A DNA stretch of 32,000 nt from Peptococcus simiae (GCF_046097595.1 NZ_JBJUVG010000003.1:122054-154053); one strand, 5' to 3'. Numbered from the stretch's first letter, positions 1-9,261 are shown. Notes: a model not told the origin generated them from the letters alone. Program-made: numbers and translations.

Positions 1-961
1 CCGAATTGAGGCCGTTGACGGCCGGCATGCCGGTCTGGGGGTCCAGGACAGAGTGCCAGGTCTGGCCATCGGCCTGGAACTGGCGCTGGTAGTCGCCGGT
101 GGTGATGACGGCCTTGTTGTTGACGTTGACCTGGCCGATATAGCCCAGGTCCGATTTGGGGTCTTGGATCCCGACCCGGAAGTCGGTCTTGTCCGGGTGG
201 CGGCCCAGGACCTGCACATTGCCATCGATAATGACCAAGCCGGAAGTGATGTCCTGCTGGCGCAAGACTTCCATGAGCCGGTTGGAAAGGGCCCCCTGGC
301 TGATGCCGCCAAAGTCTAAGCCCATGCCGGCCTGGGCAAATTTGACCTGGCCGGTCTGGGGGTTGACCCGGATATCCTTGGGGTTGGTTAGGGCCAGGGC
401 CTGGCTGAGGGACTGGTCGTCAGGCCGGCGGTAGTCACCGGTGTCAAAGCCCCACAAGTGGGTGATCGGATAGAGGGCCACATTATAGGCCCCGCCGGTG
501 CTGGTGTAAATGGCCATGGCCTTGTCGAAAAGGGCGATGGCCTCGGGGCTTAACTTGCCCTCGCCGCTTTTATTGAGGGCGGCCACTTCGCCACCGTCAC
601 TGGTGGCGGAAAAGATATGGTTAAAGCGGTTGACCTCACTGAAGGCCGCCGCCATGGCCTTCTGGGCCTGGGCCTTGTCAGCAGCAAAGAGCCGGATATG
701 GATGGTGGTATCCAGGGCAAAGCCGTCTGCATCGGCAGAGACCGGGGCCTTGGCATAGCCGCTGTCCCCGTAAGTGATGGGGGGCAGGTCCATGCTTTCA
801 AAGGCAGCGCTATCGGCAGCCGGGTCTGCTTTTTGACTGGTTACTGCCGCCTTGCTGGTAGCGTCGTTCTTGTCAGTTTCTTTGGCCGGCTCGGCAGCCG
901 ACTGACAGGCACTAAGGGCCAGTGCGCCGATGATACAAATAGAAACAAAGGACTTTTTCAT
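1..961 (-). CDS. apbE: FAD:protein FMN transferase (ApbE family) lipoprotein, N-terminal ~320 codons; 3' end lies beyond the left edge
   Basis: Missing from the ORF track because the frame is open at the window edge. The reverse complement of 959-961 is ATG, with AGGAGG (rc of 973-978) upstream. My translation starts MKKSFVSICIIGALALSAC (signal peptide plus lipobox LSAC). It continues with ApbE-like blocks: AYNVALYPITHLWGF, LDFGGISQG, WHSVLDPQTG. Confidence 0.85.
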   Translation of the reverse strand, partial: MKKSFVSICIIGALALSACQSAAEPAKETDKNDATSKAAVTSQKADPAADSAAFESMDLPPITYGDSGYAKAPVSADADGFALDTTIHIRLFAADKAQAQKAMAAAFSEVNRFNHIFSATSDGGEVAALNKSGEGKLSPEAIALFDKAMAIYTSTGGAYNVALYPITHLWGFDTGDYRRPDDQSLSQALALTNPKDIRVNPQTGQVKFAQAGMGLDFGGISQGALSNRLMEVLRQQDITSGLVIIDGNVQVLGRHPDKTDFRVGIQDPKSDLGYIGQVNVNNKAVITTGDYQRQFQADGQTWHSVLDPQTGMPAVNGLNS

Positions 962-1112
962 AGTACCCGTATCCTCCTAAAGGTAATGTATGGCTAAAGT
1001 AGCACAAGGGCGAGGCACTTGTCAACTGAAGCCCTCGGTCCCGGGAGGATTGTGGTTTTATCTTAAGAGATGTCAGTAATGAACCGACCGGATGTCGGAT
1101 GAGGAGGCAAAT

Positions 1113-1742
1113 ATGCAAGCAGCGAGAAAAATCATGATGACCTTTACCGAAGGAGATAGCCCGGTCTGGCGGGAGCTCCTGGTCCCCTACCAGGCCACGG
1201 CTGCAGACTTGGGCCGCTGGCTGAGCCTGGCCGGAGGCTATAGCGGCCGGGAAAGCTGGGAGCTCCTCTGCCATGAGTTCAAAATGCGGATTACCGAAGA
1301 CCGGCAGCTCCTGGATGAAGCCAAGGCCCTCAAGGCCCAGCGCCGGGCCGAGGCAGAGGCCAAGGGGGAAGAAGTGGCCGAAGTGGCCGGCGAAACCATG
1401 ATCGTCCGGGCATCGGACCTCCCCCTGGACCCCTTCTTAGCCGACCACCCTAAGCTCACCTTTATTTATGACATGACCGACGAATGGCGCTGGGAGATGA
1501 CCGCCGAGGATATGGACGAGCCGGTGGCCGGCCAGCTCCCCCGCCTAATCCAGGGGATGGGGACGGCCCCCTTTGTCGGTGTCGGTGGCCTGCAGGGCTA
1601 CTATGACTTGGTCAGTGAGCTCACCGAGGATGGGCCGGAGGCCAAGGCCATCAGGGACTGGCTGGACCGGGCGGGCCTCTTCTTTTATGACGCCGACCGG
1701 GTCCAGGCCGCCCTGGGTCAAGAAGGGGAAAATAAGCAGTAA
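1113..1742 (+). CDS. pRiA4b ORF-3-like (MM3350-like) domain protein
   Basis: ORF 1092..1742. I prefer ATG 1113 because GAGGAGG sits 5 nt upstream. Family-like blocks: PVWRELLVP, HEF, IYDMTDEWRWEM, PRLIQGMGTAPFVGVGGLQGYYDL. An Ala/Glu/Lys-rich segment is inserted mid-domain. Confidence 0.55.
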   Translation: MQAARKIMMTFTEGDSPVWRELLVPYQATAADLGRWLSLAGGYSGRESWELLCHEFKMRITEDRQLLDEAKALKAQRRAEAEAKGEEVAEVAGETMIVRASDLPLDPFLADHPKLTFIYDMTDEWRWEMTAEDMDEPVAGQLPRLIQGMGTAPFVGVGGLQGYYDLVSELTEDGPEAKAIRDWLDRAGLFFYDADRVQAALGQEGENKQ

Positions 1743-1745
1743 GGG

Positions 1746-1774
1746 TTGACGGAAACACTTTACTGGGCTAAAAT
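1746..1774 (+). promoter_or_regulatory. sigma-A-type promoter of the his operon
   Basis: TTGACG (1746-1751), 17-nt spacer, TAAAAT (1769-1774), about 90 nt upstream of hisZ. Confidence 0.5.
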
Positions 1775-1862
1775 GGTGATACATCGTGGTAACACGTTAA
1801 TTAGATAAAGCAACCGTGCGGCCAGGCCGCAGTGATTTTTCCTGTGAAAGGAGCCCAGAGCA

Positions 1863-3050
1863 ATGAAAATGGCAGGCTTAACCCCGGAAGGATCTGGGGA
1901 TGTCCTGATGCCCCAGGCGGCCCGGGAGTACCGGGTAGCCGGTGACTTGCGCCGCTTATTCGGCCGCTATGGCTATGAAGAAGTGCGGACACCGGGCCTC
2001 GAGTATTATGACGTTTTTACCGATAAAAAACGCTACTTTCCCCAAGAAAATATGGTGAAGTCCATAGACCGCCATGGCCGGCTGACGGTCGTCCGGCCGG
2101 ATGCCACCGTCCCCATTGCCCGCTTGGTGGCCAGCAAGCTTTCCGGCAAGGCCCTGCCCCTGCGGCTCTTTTATGACGAAATGATTTTTAGAAACTCCTC
2201 CACCCTCCAGGGCTTTTCCAATGAAATGCACCAGTGCGGGGTGGAGCTGCTGGGCAGCCGGGCCTACCGGGCCGATGCGGAAATGATTGCCCTTAGTTGT
2301 GCCGCCCTCAAGGCAACCGGCCTGACCAGTTACCGGCTGGAGCTGAGCCATGTAGGGGTTGTGGAGGCCCTGATCCGGGCCCTGGCAGTGGATGAGGACC
2401 TGGCTGACCAGATCCGGACCTCCCTGGAAGAGAAAAACTTCTCCCGGCTCAGGGACCTCCTGGCCCCCTATGGCCAGGGGCCGGTCGTCGAAGCCTTCCT
2501 GGCCCTGCCTGGCCTTTTCGGCGACTATGCTATTTTAGACAAGGCCCGGGCCCTCCTGGTCCCGGCCAGTCCGGAAGTGGGGCCAATCCTGGATGAGCTG
2601 GCCCGACGCTATGCCCTGGCCCAAAGCCTCTGCCGGGAGGATCACATCATGTTGGACCTGAGCCTGACCAACCAGGCCGACTACTACACCGGCCTGGTCT
2701 TTCGCGGCTATGTGGGCGGCAGCGGCGAGGCGGTCCTGTCCGGTGGCCGCTATGACAGCCTCCTGGAGACTTTTAACTACCCCATTCCGGCCATTGGCTT
2801 CGGCGTCCGGGTGGACCTCATTGCCCAGGTCCTGAACCGCCGCCGGCGGCCGGAGACAGAGCCCTTTTACCTCCTCTATGCAGGGCCGGAGGACCTACCT
2901 GCCGCCCTCAGTTGGCGGGCAGACCGGTCAGACCGGCTGGTCCTGGCCATGGCTGACCGGGTGGAGGACCTCGAAGAAGAGGCGGCCCGCTTAGGGGCCC
3001 GAGGAATCATCATCTATAAAGATGGCGACATACACTGGCAGGAGGACTGA
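1863..3050 (+). CDS. hisZ: ATP phosphoribosyltransferase regulatory subunit
   Basis: 395-aa ORF with HisRS-paralogue blocks (RTPGLEYYDVF, VRPDATVPIARL, YYTGLVFRGY). It directly precedes a short-form hisG. AAAGGAG RBS. Confidence 0.9.
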   Translation: MKMAGLTPEGSGDVLMPQAAREYRVAGDLRRLFGRYGYEEVRTPGLEYYDVFTDKKRYFPQENMVKSIDRHGRLTVVRPDATVPIARLVASKLSGKALPLRLFYDEMIFRNSSTLQGFSNEMHQCGVELLGSRAYRADAEMIALSCAALKATGLTSYRLELSHVGVVEALIRALAVDEDLADQIRTSLEEKNFSRLRDLLAPYGQGPVVEAFLALPGLFGDYAILDKARALLVPASPEVGPILDELARRYALAQSLCREDHIMLDLSLTNQADYYTGLVFRGYVGGSGEAVLSGGRYDSLLETFNYPIPAIGFGVRVDLIAQVLNRRRRPETEPFYLLYAGPEDLPAALSWRADRSDRLVLAMADRVEDLEEEAARLGARGIIIYKDGDIHWQED

Positions 3051-3051
3051 C

Positions 3052-3675
3052 ATGTTGAGAATAGCCTTAACCAAGGGCCGGCTGGAAAAGGAAGCTGTGG
3101 CCCTCATGAAGCACGCCGGTTACGATACCGAGGCCCTGGCCGACAAGGGCCGCCGCCTGATCCTGCCGGTCGGCGATGATATAGAGGTTTTACTGGCCAA
3201 GGCCCCGGATGTTATCACCTATGTCATCCATGGGGTCTGTGACCTGGGGATTGTCGGTAAGGACACCATCATGGAATACGGCGGCTCCTTTTACGAAGTC
3301 CTGGACCTGGGCTTCGGCAAATGCCGCTTTGCCCTGGCCGTCCCCAAGGGGAGTGACTTTTATGCCGATGGCATTAGCCACCGGATCGCCAGCAAGTACC
3401 CCAATGTCACCCGGGACTATTTTGCGCGGAAGGGCATGGATGTGGGTATAATAAAAATAGAAGGGTCTGTTGAATTGGCGCCCCTGGTGGGCCTGGCAGA
3501 CGGCATTGTTGATATTGTTGAAACCGGGACCACCCTCAAGGAAAATGGTCTGGAGGCCATTGAGGATGTTGCGGACCTGTCTGCCCGGCTCATTGTCAAT
3601 ACAGCGGCTATGAAGCTCAAGTACCCGGCCATAGAAGCCTTTATCGACCGGATTGCCCAGGAGGTGGACCAATGA
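3052..3675 (+). CDS. hisG: ATP phosphoribosyltransferase, short form
   Basis: MLRIALTKGRL start at ATG 3052, with GGAGGA upstream. The track's 3022 start would overlap hisZ. At ~207 aa it is the short form that requires HisZ. Confidence 0.92.
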   Translation: MLRIALTKGRLEKEAVALMKHAGYDTEALADKGRRLILPVGDDIEVLLAKAPDVITYVIHGVCDLGIVGKDTIMEYGGSFYEVLDLGFGKCRFALAVPKGSDFYADGISHRIASKYPNVTRDYFARKGMDVGIIKIEGSVELAPLVGLADGIVDIVETGTTLKENGLEAIEDVADLSARLIVNTAAMKLKYPAIEAFIDRIAQEVDQ

Positions 3676-4961
3676 TTACAGAACTAGCACTGGGGAGCCC
3701 GGCCTGTGACCGTTTCCTTGACCGCCTGGCCAGCCGCATCCAGGCCCCGGACCCGGACATGTTGGCCCGGGTCGAGGCCATCCTGGCTGCGGTCCGGACC
3801 GAGGGCGATGCCGCCCTTTGCCGCTTTAGCGAAGCATTTGATGGCTTTAAGGGGCCAGTGACCTTTTTGACCCCGGCTGACTGTCAAGTGGCCCTGGAAG
3901 GCCTGGACCCCGGCCTGCAGGCAGCCCTGGACAAGGCCGCCCGGCACATCCGGGCCTTTCATGAAAGGCAGCTGACCAAGGGCTTTGTCCTGGACAAGGG
4001 CCGGGGGGTCCGGCTGGAGCAGCGGGTTCTTCCCCTCCAACGGGTGGGTCTCTATGTACCGGGGGGGCGGGCCGCCTATCCCTCAACGGTTTTGATGAAC
4101 GCCATCCCGGCCCGGCTTGCTGGGGTGGAAGACCTGATTGTGGCCACCCCGCCGGGGAAGGAGGGGCTTGTCAACCCCATGACCCTGGCGGCCTGTGCCG
4201 TCGCCGGGGTGGACCGGGTCCTCCTGGCCGGTGGCGCCCAGGCCTGTGCCGCCCTGGCTTACGGGACCGCCTCCGTGCCCAAGGTGGATAAGATCACCGG
4301 GCCCGGTAATGCCTATGTGGCCACAGCTAAACGCCTCCTCTACGGGACGGTGGATATTGATATGATTGCCGGCCCGTCGGAGATTGTTATTGTGGCCGAG
4401 GCGGGGGTTAACCCGGCCTGGCTGGCCGCCGACCTCCTGGGCCAGTGTGAACACGACCCCCAGGCTGCCGGCATCCTCATTACACCGGATGCTGACCTGG
4501 CCCAGGCCGTCCGGCTGGCGGTCGCTGACCAGGTCAGCCGGGCCCCCCGGGCGGCCATTATGAAGGAGGCCCTGGCCAATTATTCAGCTATTATTGTGAC
4601 CCAAGACTTGGACGAGGCCCTGACCCTGGCCAATGACCTGGCCCCGGAACACCTGGAGCTGGTCGGCGAGGGGCCGGAAGGCCGCCTGGACCAGGTCCGG
4701 CATGCGGGCAGTGTATTTTTAGGCCCCTATACACCGGAAGCCGTCGGAGACTATATGGCCGGGACCAACCACGTCCTGCCCACCGGGGGGACGGCCCGGT
4801 TCTTCTCCCCCCTAGGGGTGGAAGACTTCACCCGGCGGATGCAGGTGTCCCGCTATTCCCGGGCCGCCCTGGCTGAAGATGCCCCGGCCATCCTGGCCTT
4901 TGCAGAGGCGGAAGGCCTCTATGCCCATGGCCGGTCGGTAGAGATAAGGAGTGAAGACTGA
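3672..4961 (+). CDS. hisD: histidinol dehydrogenase
   Basis: 429 aa. ATGA overlap with hisG. HisD-like blocks: GLYVPGG.AAYPS, GPGNAYV, IAGPSE, QCEHD, NHVLPT. Confidence 0.95.
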   Translation: MITELALGSPACDRFLDRLASRIQAPDPDMLARVEAILAAVRTEGDAALCRFSEAFDGFKGPVTFLTPADCQVALEGLDPGLQAALDKAARHIRAFHERQLTKGFVLDKGRGVRLEQRVLPLQRVGLYVPGGRAAYPSTVLMNAIPARLAGVEDLIVATPPGKEGLVNPMTLAACAVAGVDRVLLAGGAQACAALAYGTASVPKVDKITGPGNAYVATAKRLLYGTVDIDMIAGPSEIVIVAEAGVNPAWLAADLLGQCEHDPQAAGILITPDADLAQAVRLAVADQVSRAPRAAIMKEALANYSAIIVTQDLDEALTLANDLAPEHLELVGEGPEGRLDQVRHAGSVFLGPYTPEAVGDYMAGTNHVLPTGGTARFFSPLGVEDFTRRMQVSRYSRAALAEDAPAILAFAEAEGLYAHGRSVEIRSED

Positions 4962-5980
4962 TGGCCCCGGAAAAAATACGCTTAAATGCCAATGAAAGCC
5001 CCTTTAGCCTCAGCGGTGCCAGCCGGGAGCGGTTGGCCCATGCCTTAAATGACCTGGCCTATAACCGTTACCCCGACCCCGAGGCCCGGGACTTGATTCG
5101 GGCCTTTAGCGCCCACTACCGGGTGGCTCCGGCCCAGGTCATTGCCGGCAACGGGTCCGATGAACTCCTCCAGCTTTTGATGCTCGCATATGCCAAGGCC
5201 GGCAAGCCGCTGGCCCTGACCAGCCCAGATTTTTCCATGTATGACCGCTATGCCCGGTTGGCCGGGGTGGAGACCCTGGCCTTGCCCAAGGACGAGGCTG
5301 GCCGCCTGGACGGCCCCGCCTACCTGGCCGCAGCCCAGGCTGCCGGCTGCGGCATGCTCCTCTTTTCCAACCCCTGTAACCCCATGGGCCAGGGCCTGAG
5401 CCGGGAAGGGGTCTTGGACCTGGCCGCCGCCTTTGATGGTCTGGTGGTCGTTGACGAGGCCTATATGGACTTCTGGGACCAGAGCGTCCTGGACCGGGTC
5501 CGTCCGGAGGGCAACCTGGCCGTTTTACGGACGGCCTCCAAGGCCTTTGGCCTGGCGGCCCTGCGCTTGGGTTTCGGGGTCCTGCCGACCGGGCTTTTGG
5601 AGGACATGCGGGCCCTTAAGAGCCCCTATAATGTCAGCAGCCTGTCCCAGGTCATCGGGAGTCAGCTCTATGACCAGCCGGACCAGCTGGCCGACCGGAT
5701 TGCCAGTATCGTCGCCGGCCGGGAAAAGCTGCAGGCAGCTCTGGAAGACTTGGTCAGGGGCCGGCCCGGCTACCGGGTCTACCCCTCTGTGACGAACTTT
5801 ATTTATTTTGAAGTCCCTGATGCCCCGGCCCTGGACGATTATTTACAGGGGCAGAGGATCATCATCCGCCGCTTTGGAGACCGGGGCCTGCGGGTCACCT
5901 GCGGCTTACCTGAAGAAAACGCAGCCTTTATACAAGCAGTTGCTGATTTTTTAGAAAGGAGGCCAGATGATGAGTATTGA
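4961..5980 (+). CDS. hisC: histidinol-phosphate aminotransferase
   Basis: 339 aa. TGATG overlap with hisD. Blocks: LNANESP, YPDP, GNGSDE, NPCNPMG, VVDEAY, RTASKAFGLAALRLG. Confidence 0.93.
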   Translation: MAPEKIRLNANESPFSLSGASRERLAHALNDLAYNRYPDPEARDLIRAFSAHYRVAPAQVIAGNGSDELLQLLMLAYAKAGKPLALTSPDFSMYDRYARLAGVETLALPKDEAGRLDGPAYLAAAQAAGCGMLLFSNPCNPMGQGLSREGVLDLAAAFDGLVVVDEAYMDFWDQSVLDRVRPEGNLAVLRTASKAFGLAALRLGFGVLPTGLLEDMRALKSPYNVSSLSQVIGSQLYDQPDQLADRIASIVAGREKLQAALEDLVRGRPGYRVYPSVTNFIYFEVPDAPALDDYLQGQRIIIRRFGDRGLRVTCGLPEENAAFIQAVADFLERRPDDEY

Positions 5981-6548
5981 ACGCCGCCGCCATACCAAAG
6001 AGACGGACATTCATCTGGTACTTGACTTAGACGGGAATGGCCATACCAATATTGATACAGGCATTGGCTTTTTTGACCACATGCTGACCGCCCTGGCCGT
6101 CCATGCCGGTTGGGACCTGACCCTTTACTGCAACGGTGACCTGGAAGTCTGCGGCCACCACACGGTGGAAGACTGTGGGATTGTCCTGGGGGATGCCCTC
6201 CACCAGGCCCTAGGCACCAAGACCGGCCTGGTCCGCTACGGCCATGCCTATATCCCCATGGATGAGGCCCTGGTCCGCTGCGTGGTCGATGTCAGTGGCC
6301 GGCCCTACCTGGCCTTTGATGCGACCTTTACCGCCCCGACCGTCGGCCAGCTGGATACCCAGCTCGTTGAGGAATTTTTCCGGGCCTTTGCCATGCATGC
6401 CGGCATTACCCTGCATATTGCCGTCTTATCCGGTAAAAATGACCACCACTGCATTGAGACCATGTTTAAGAGTGTGGCCCATGCCATGCGGAAAGCCCTT
6501 ATGAAGCGAGATGGTGTCTTATCAACAAAGGGCGTCTTCCACGCCTGA
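5967..6548 (+). CDS. hisB: imidazoleglycerol-phosphate dehydratase (monofunctional)
   Basis: 193 aa. Blocks: RHTKETDI, GIGFFDHML, HHTVED, HHCIE. There is no phosphatase domain. Overlaps hisC by 14 nt. Confidence 0.95.
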   Translation: MMSIERRRHTKETDIHLVLDLDGNGHTNIDTGIGFFDHMLTALAVHAGWDLTLYCNGDLEVCGHHTVEDCGIVLGDALHQALGTKTGLVRYGHAYIPMDEALVRCVVDVSGRPYLAFDATFTAPTVGQLDTQLVEEFFRAFAMHAGITLHIAVLSGKNDHHCIETMFKSVAHAMRKALMKRDGVLSTKGVFHA

Positions 6549-6566
6549 TTCACAAAGGAGGCAAAG

Positions 6567-7301
6567 ATGATTATTTTACCTGCCATTGATATCAAGGGGG
6601 GCACCTGTGTCCGCCTCTATCAAGGAGACCTGACCACCGCCCATAAAGTGGCCGACAGCGCCCTGGATACCGCCAAAAAATTCGAAGCCCTGGGCTGCCG
6701 CTGGCTGCATATGGTGGACCTGGACGGCGCCCTCCAGGGCATGGCCTTAAATAGCGGGATCTTTTTAGAAATTGCCAAACGGACCAAGCTGCGGATTGAA
6801 CTGGGCGGGGGCATCCGGACCGCTGACCAGATCCGCCACTACCTAAACAAGGGTATCCGGCGGGTGGTTTTAGGGTCGATTGCCATTGAAGAGCCCAATT
6901 TTGTCCGCCGGGCCGTTGCCAACTTCGGGCCCGAATCGGTGGCCGTCGGTATTGATGCCAAGGATGGCTACATTTGCGGTGACGCCTGGACTTCCACCAG
7001 CGATATCCACTACACCGAAATGGCTGAAAAAATGGCAGATATGGGTGTCCGGACCTTTATTTACACAGATATCAGCCGGGACGGGACCCTGACCGGGCCG
7101 GACTTAGAAGGGCTGGCCGCCCTGCGCCAGGCCCTGCCTGAGGCGGAAATCATCGCCTCCGGCGGAGTCCGGACCGCAGCAGACATCCGGGCCATCAAGG
7201 ACCTGGCCATTGACGGGGTCATTTGCGGCAAGGCCATCTATGAAGGGACCCTGGACCTCAGTGAAGCCCTGGAGATTGCTAGAGGTGAAGACCATGTCTA
7301 A
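6567..7301 (+). CDS. hisA: ProFAR isomerase
   Basis: 244 aa. Blocks: IILPAIDIKGG.CVRL, HMVDLDGA, GGGIR, ASGGV. It starts 18 nt after the hisB stop, so there is no room for hisH. Confidence 0.95.
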   Translation: MIILPAIDIKGGTCVRLYQGDLTTAHKVADSALDTAKKFEALGCRWLHMVDLDGALQGMALNSGIFLEIAKRTKLRIELGGGIRTADQIRHYLNKGIRRVVLGSIAIEEPNFVRRAVANFGPESVAVGIDAKDGYICGDAWTSTSDIHYTEMAEKMADMGVRTFIYTDISRDGTLTGPDLEGLAALRQALPEAEIIASGGVRTAADIRAIKDLAIDGVICGKAIYEGTLDLSEALEIARGEDHV

Positions 7302-8046
7302 GAAAAAAATTATTCCCTGCCTGGACACCAGAGACGGCAAGGTCGTCAAGGGCGTCCACTTTGAAGATGTCAAGGACGTGGGTAGTCCTGCCGACCTGGC
7401 CCAGCGCTATACCCGGGAGGGGGCCGATGAACTGGTCGTCCTGGATATCACCGCCGGGCCGGAAGGCCGGTCCACCCGGCTGGATGTCTTAAAAAGCGTC
7501 TGTGCCGCCACCGACCTGCCGGTGACCCAGGGGGGCGGCATCCGGTCCCTGGAAGATATTGAGGCCGCCCTGGCGGCCGGGGCCAGCCGGGTTGGCATTA
7601 ATTCAGCTGCTGTCCAAAAGCCGGACCTCATCCGGGCCGGCGCTGAAAAATTTGGCAGCGAGACCATCGTAGCCGCCATTGACGCCAAAAAAGTGGGCCC
7701 GACCTGGCAGGTCTTCGTTGCCGGCGGCCAGGAAAATACCGGCAAGGACCTCCTGGCCTGGGCCCGGGAAGTGGAGAACCTGGGGGCCGGAGCCATCCTC
7801 CTGACCTCCATTGATGCCGATGGCACCAAGGCCGGCTATGACCTGGATATGACCCGGGCCGTTACCGAGGCTGTTTCCATTCCGGTGATCGCCTCCGGGG
7901 GCGCCGGTAGTGTCCAGGACATGGTTGACGTCCTCAAGGAGACCAACTGTGCCGCCGCCCTGGCCGCCTCCATTTTCCACTTCGGTGAGACCTCTGTCGG
8001 GGACATCAAGGCTGCCTTGGAGGCCGCAGGCCTGGAGGTTGACTGA
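7294..8046 (+). CDS. hisF: imidazole glycerol phosphate synthase cyclase subunit
   Basis: I prefer ATG 7294 ([20 protein letters not shown]), which makes an ATGTCTAA overlap with the hisA stop. The track's 7210 start lies inside hisA. Blocks: [29 protein letters not shown]. Confidence 0.95.
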   Translation: MSKKKIIPCLDTRDGKVVKGVHFEDVKDVGSPADLAQRYTREGADELVVLDITAGPEGRSTRLDVLKSVCAATDLPVTQGGGIRSLEDIEAALAAGASRVGINSAAVQKPDLIRAGAEKFGSETIVAAIDAKKVGPTWQVFVAGGQENTGKDLLAWAREVENLGAGAILLTSIDADGTKAGYDLDMTRAVTEAVSIPVIASGGAGSVQDMVDVLKETNCAAALAASIFHFGETSVGDIKAALEAAGLEVD

Positions 8047-8387
8047 TGCAGGACCTGGCCGCCTACTTTGAAAAGTCCGCCCTGGTGCCGGCCATCGTCC
8101 AGGACGCCGACACCGGCGCCGTCCTCATGCTGGCCTATATGAATGAGGCCGCCCTAAGGGAGACCCTGGCCCTGGGGGAAACGGTTTTTTGGAGCCGGTC
8201 CCGTCAGACCCTTTGGCACAAGGGGGCCACCAGCGGCAATACCCAGACAGTCCTCTCCATTACTGCCGACTGCGACAAGGACAGCCTGCTCATCAGGGTC
8301 CGGCCCGCCGGCCCGGCCTGCCATACCGGGGCAGTGACCTGTTTTTTTAATGATATTCTTAAAGAAAACGATAGGGGGAACCTGTGA
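8046..8387 (+). CDS. hisI: phosphoribosyl-AMP cyclohydrolase
   Basis: 113 aa. Blocks: [37 protein letters not shown] overlap with hisF. Confidence 0.93.
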   Translation: MQDLAAYFEKSALVPAIVQDADTGAVLMLAYMNEAALRETLALGETVFWSRSRQTLWHKGATSGNTQTVLSITADCDKDSLLIRVRPAGPACHTGAVTCFFNDILKENDRGNL

Positions 8388-8710
8388 TGCAAAGTCTTGA
8401 CCAGCTTTACCAGGTGGTTCGTTGCCGGCAGGCTGACCCTTTTGAAGGCTCTTATACCGCCTACTTATTTGAAGAGGGCCTGGATAAGATTTTGAAAAAG
8501 GTAGGGGAAGAGGCCGCCGAGGTCATCATTGCGGGCAAAAATACCGACCGGGCTGACCTGACCGGGGAAATCTGCGACCTCCTCTACCACCTGACCGTCC
8601 TCATGGCGGAAAAGGGCCTGGACCCGGCTACCATCGATAGTGAACTGGCCCGGCGGGCGGAAAAAATTGGCAATAAAAAGCCCAGCCATGCCAGCGACCC
8701 CGAGAGCTAA
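8387..8710 (+). CDS. hisE: phosphoribosyl-ATP pyrophosphatase
   Basis: ~107 aa. Blocks: SYTAYLF..G.DKILKKVGEEAAEV, E.CDLLYHL. ATG 8387 overlaps the hisI TGA by one base; GTG 8384 is an alternative start. Confidence 0.9.
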   Translation: MQSLDQLYQVVRCRQADPFEGSYTAYLFEEGLDKILKKVGEEAAEVIIAGKNTDRADLTGEICDLLYHLTVLMAEKGLDPATIDSELARRAEKIGNKKPSHASDPES

Positions 8711-8713
8711 AAC

Positions 8714-8742
8714 TTGCGAAGGACCGGCTATTCTGCTATGAT
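8714..8742 (+). promoter_or_regulatory. candidate internal promoter for rplI
   Basis: TTGCGA (8714-8719), 17-nt spacer, TATGAT (8737-8742). No terminator separates hisE from rplI. Confidence 0.4.
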
Positions 8743-8769
8743 GAAGCCAATTTCGAAAGGAGCATGCCC

Positions 8770-9219
8770 ATGAAAGTGATTTTATTACAAGACGTGGCTA
8801 AGGTTGGCAAAAAAGACCAAGTCGTCAACGCCAAGACCGGCTATGCCCGGAACTACCTCATCCCTAATGGCCTGGCCATTGAAGCCACCAAGAACAATAT
8901 GAAAAACCTGGAAGACCGGCAAGAAGCCCAGGCAGAAGAGGCGGCCTACGAACTGGCCCAGGCCAAGGCTATTGCTGAAGAGCTGAAAGAGGCCAAGGTA
9001 GAAGTCTTTACCAAGGTCGGTGCCGGCGGCAAAACCTTTGGGGCCATTACCAATAAAGAAATTGCCGAAGCCCTGAAAAATCAGCACAACATTGATATTG
9101 ACCGTCGTAAAATTGTTTTACCGGAAAAGATCAAGGACCTGGGCGTGACAGAAGTCACCCTGAAGCTCCATCCGGATGTCCACCCGATCCTCCGGGTTCA
9201 GGTGTCCGCAGAAGAATAA
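8770..9219 (+). CDS. rplI: 50S ribosomal protein L9
   Basis: MKVILLQDV..GKKDQVVNAKTGYARNYLIPNGLA is the classic L9 N-terminus. ATG 8770 has better spacing to GAAAGGAG than the track start at 8764. Confidence 0.95.
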   Translation: MKVILLQDVAKVGKKDQVVNAKTGYARNYLIPNGLAIEATKNNMKNLEDRQEAQAEEAAYELAQAKAIAEELKEAKVEVFTKVGAGGKTFGAITNKEIAEALKNQHNIDIDRRKIVLPEKIKDLGVTEVTLKLHPDVHPILRVQVSAEE

Positions 9220-9225
9220 TTGACA

Positions 9226-9256
9226 ACCTGCAGAGATAGCTCTGCAGGTTTTTGTC
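9226..9256 (+). terminator. rho-independent terminator after rplI
   Basis: ACCTGCAGAG / CTCTGCAGGT 10-bp stem, ATAG loop, then TTTTTG. Confidence 0.8.
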
Positions 9257-9261
9257 TATCA

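Noticed and set aside
53-997. Plus-strand ORFs 53..319, 156..434, 510..758 and 617..997 at the left edge.
   Set aside because: They are shadows of the minus-strand apbE lipoprotein gene, which the ORF track omits because it is open-ended.
1500-1862. A full T-box riboswitch upstream of hisZ.
   Set aside because: Only a 9/12 match to the T-box core is visible. I found no Stem I, specifier loop or K-turn by eye. The UGGU bulge would pair with an A discriminator, not the C73 expected for tRNA-His. The leader would also have to start inside the upstream CDS. It is kept only as a low-interest item to test with a covariance model.
6548-6567. A degraded hisH pseudogene between hisB and hisA.
   Set aside because: The intergenic gap is only 18 nt and holds just the RBS, so no remnant can be present.
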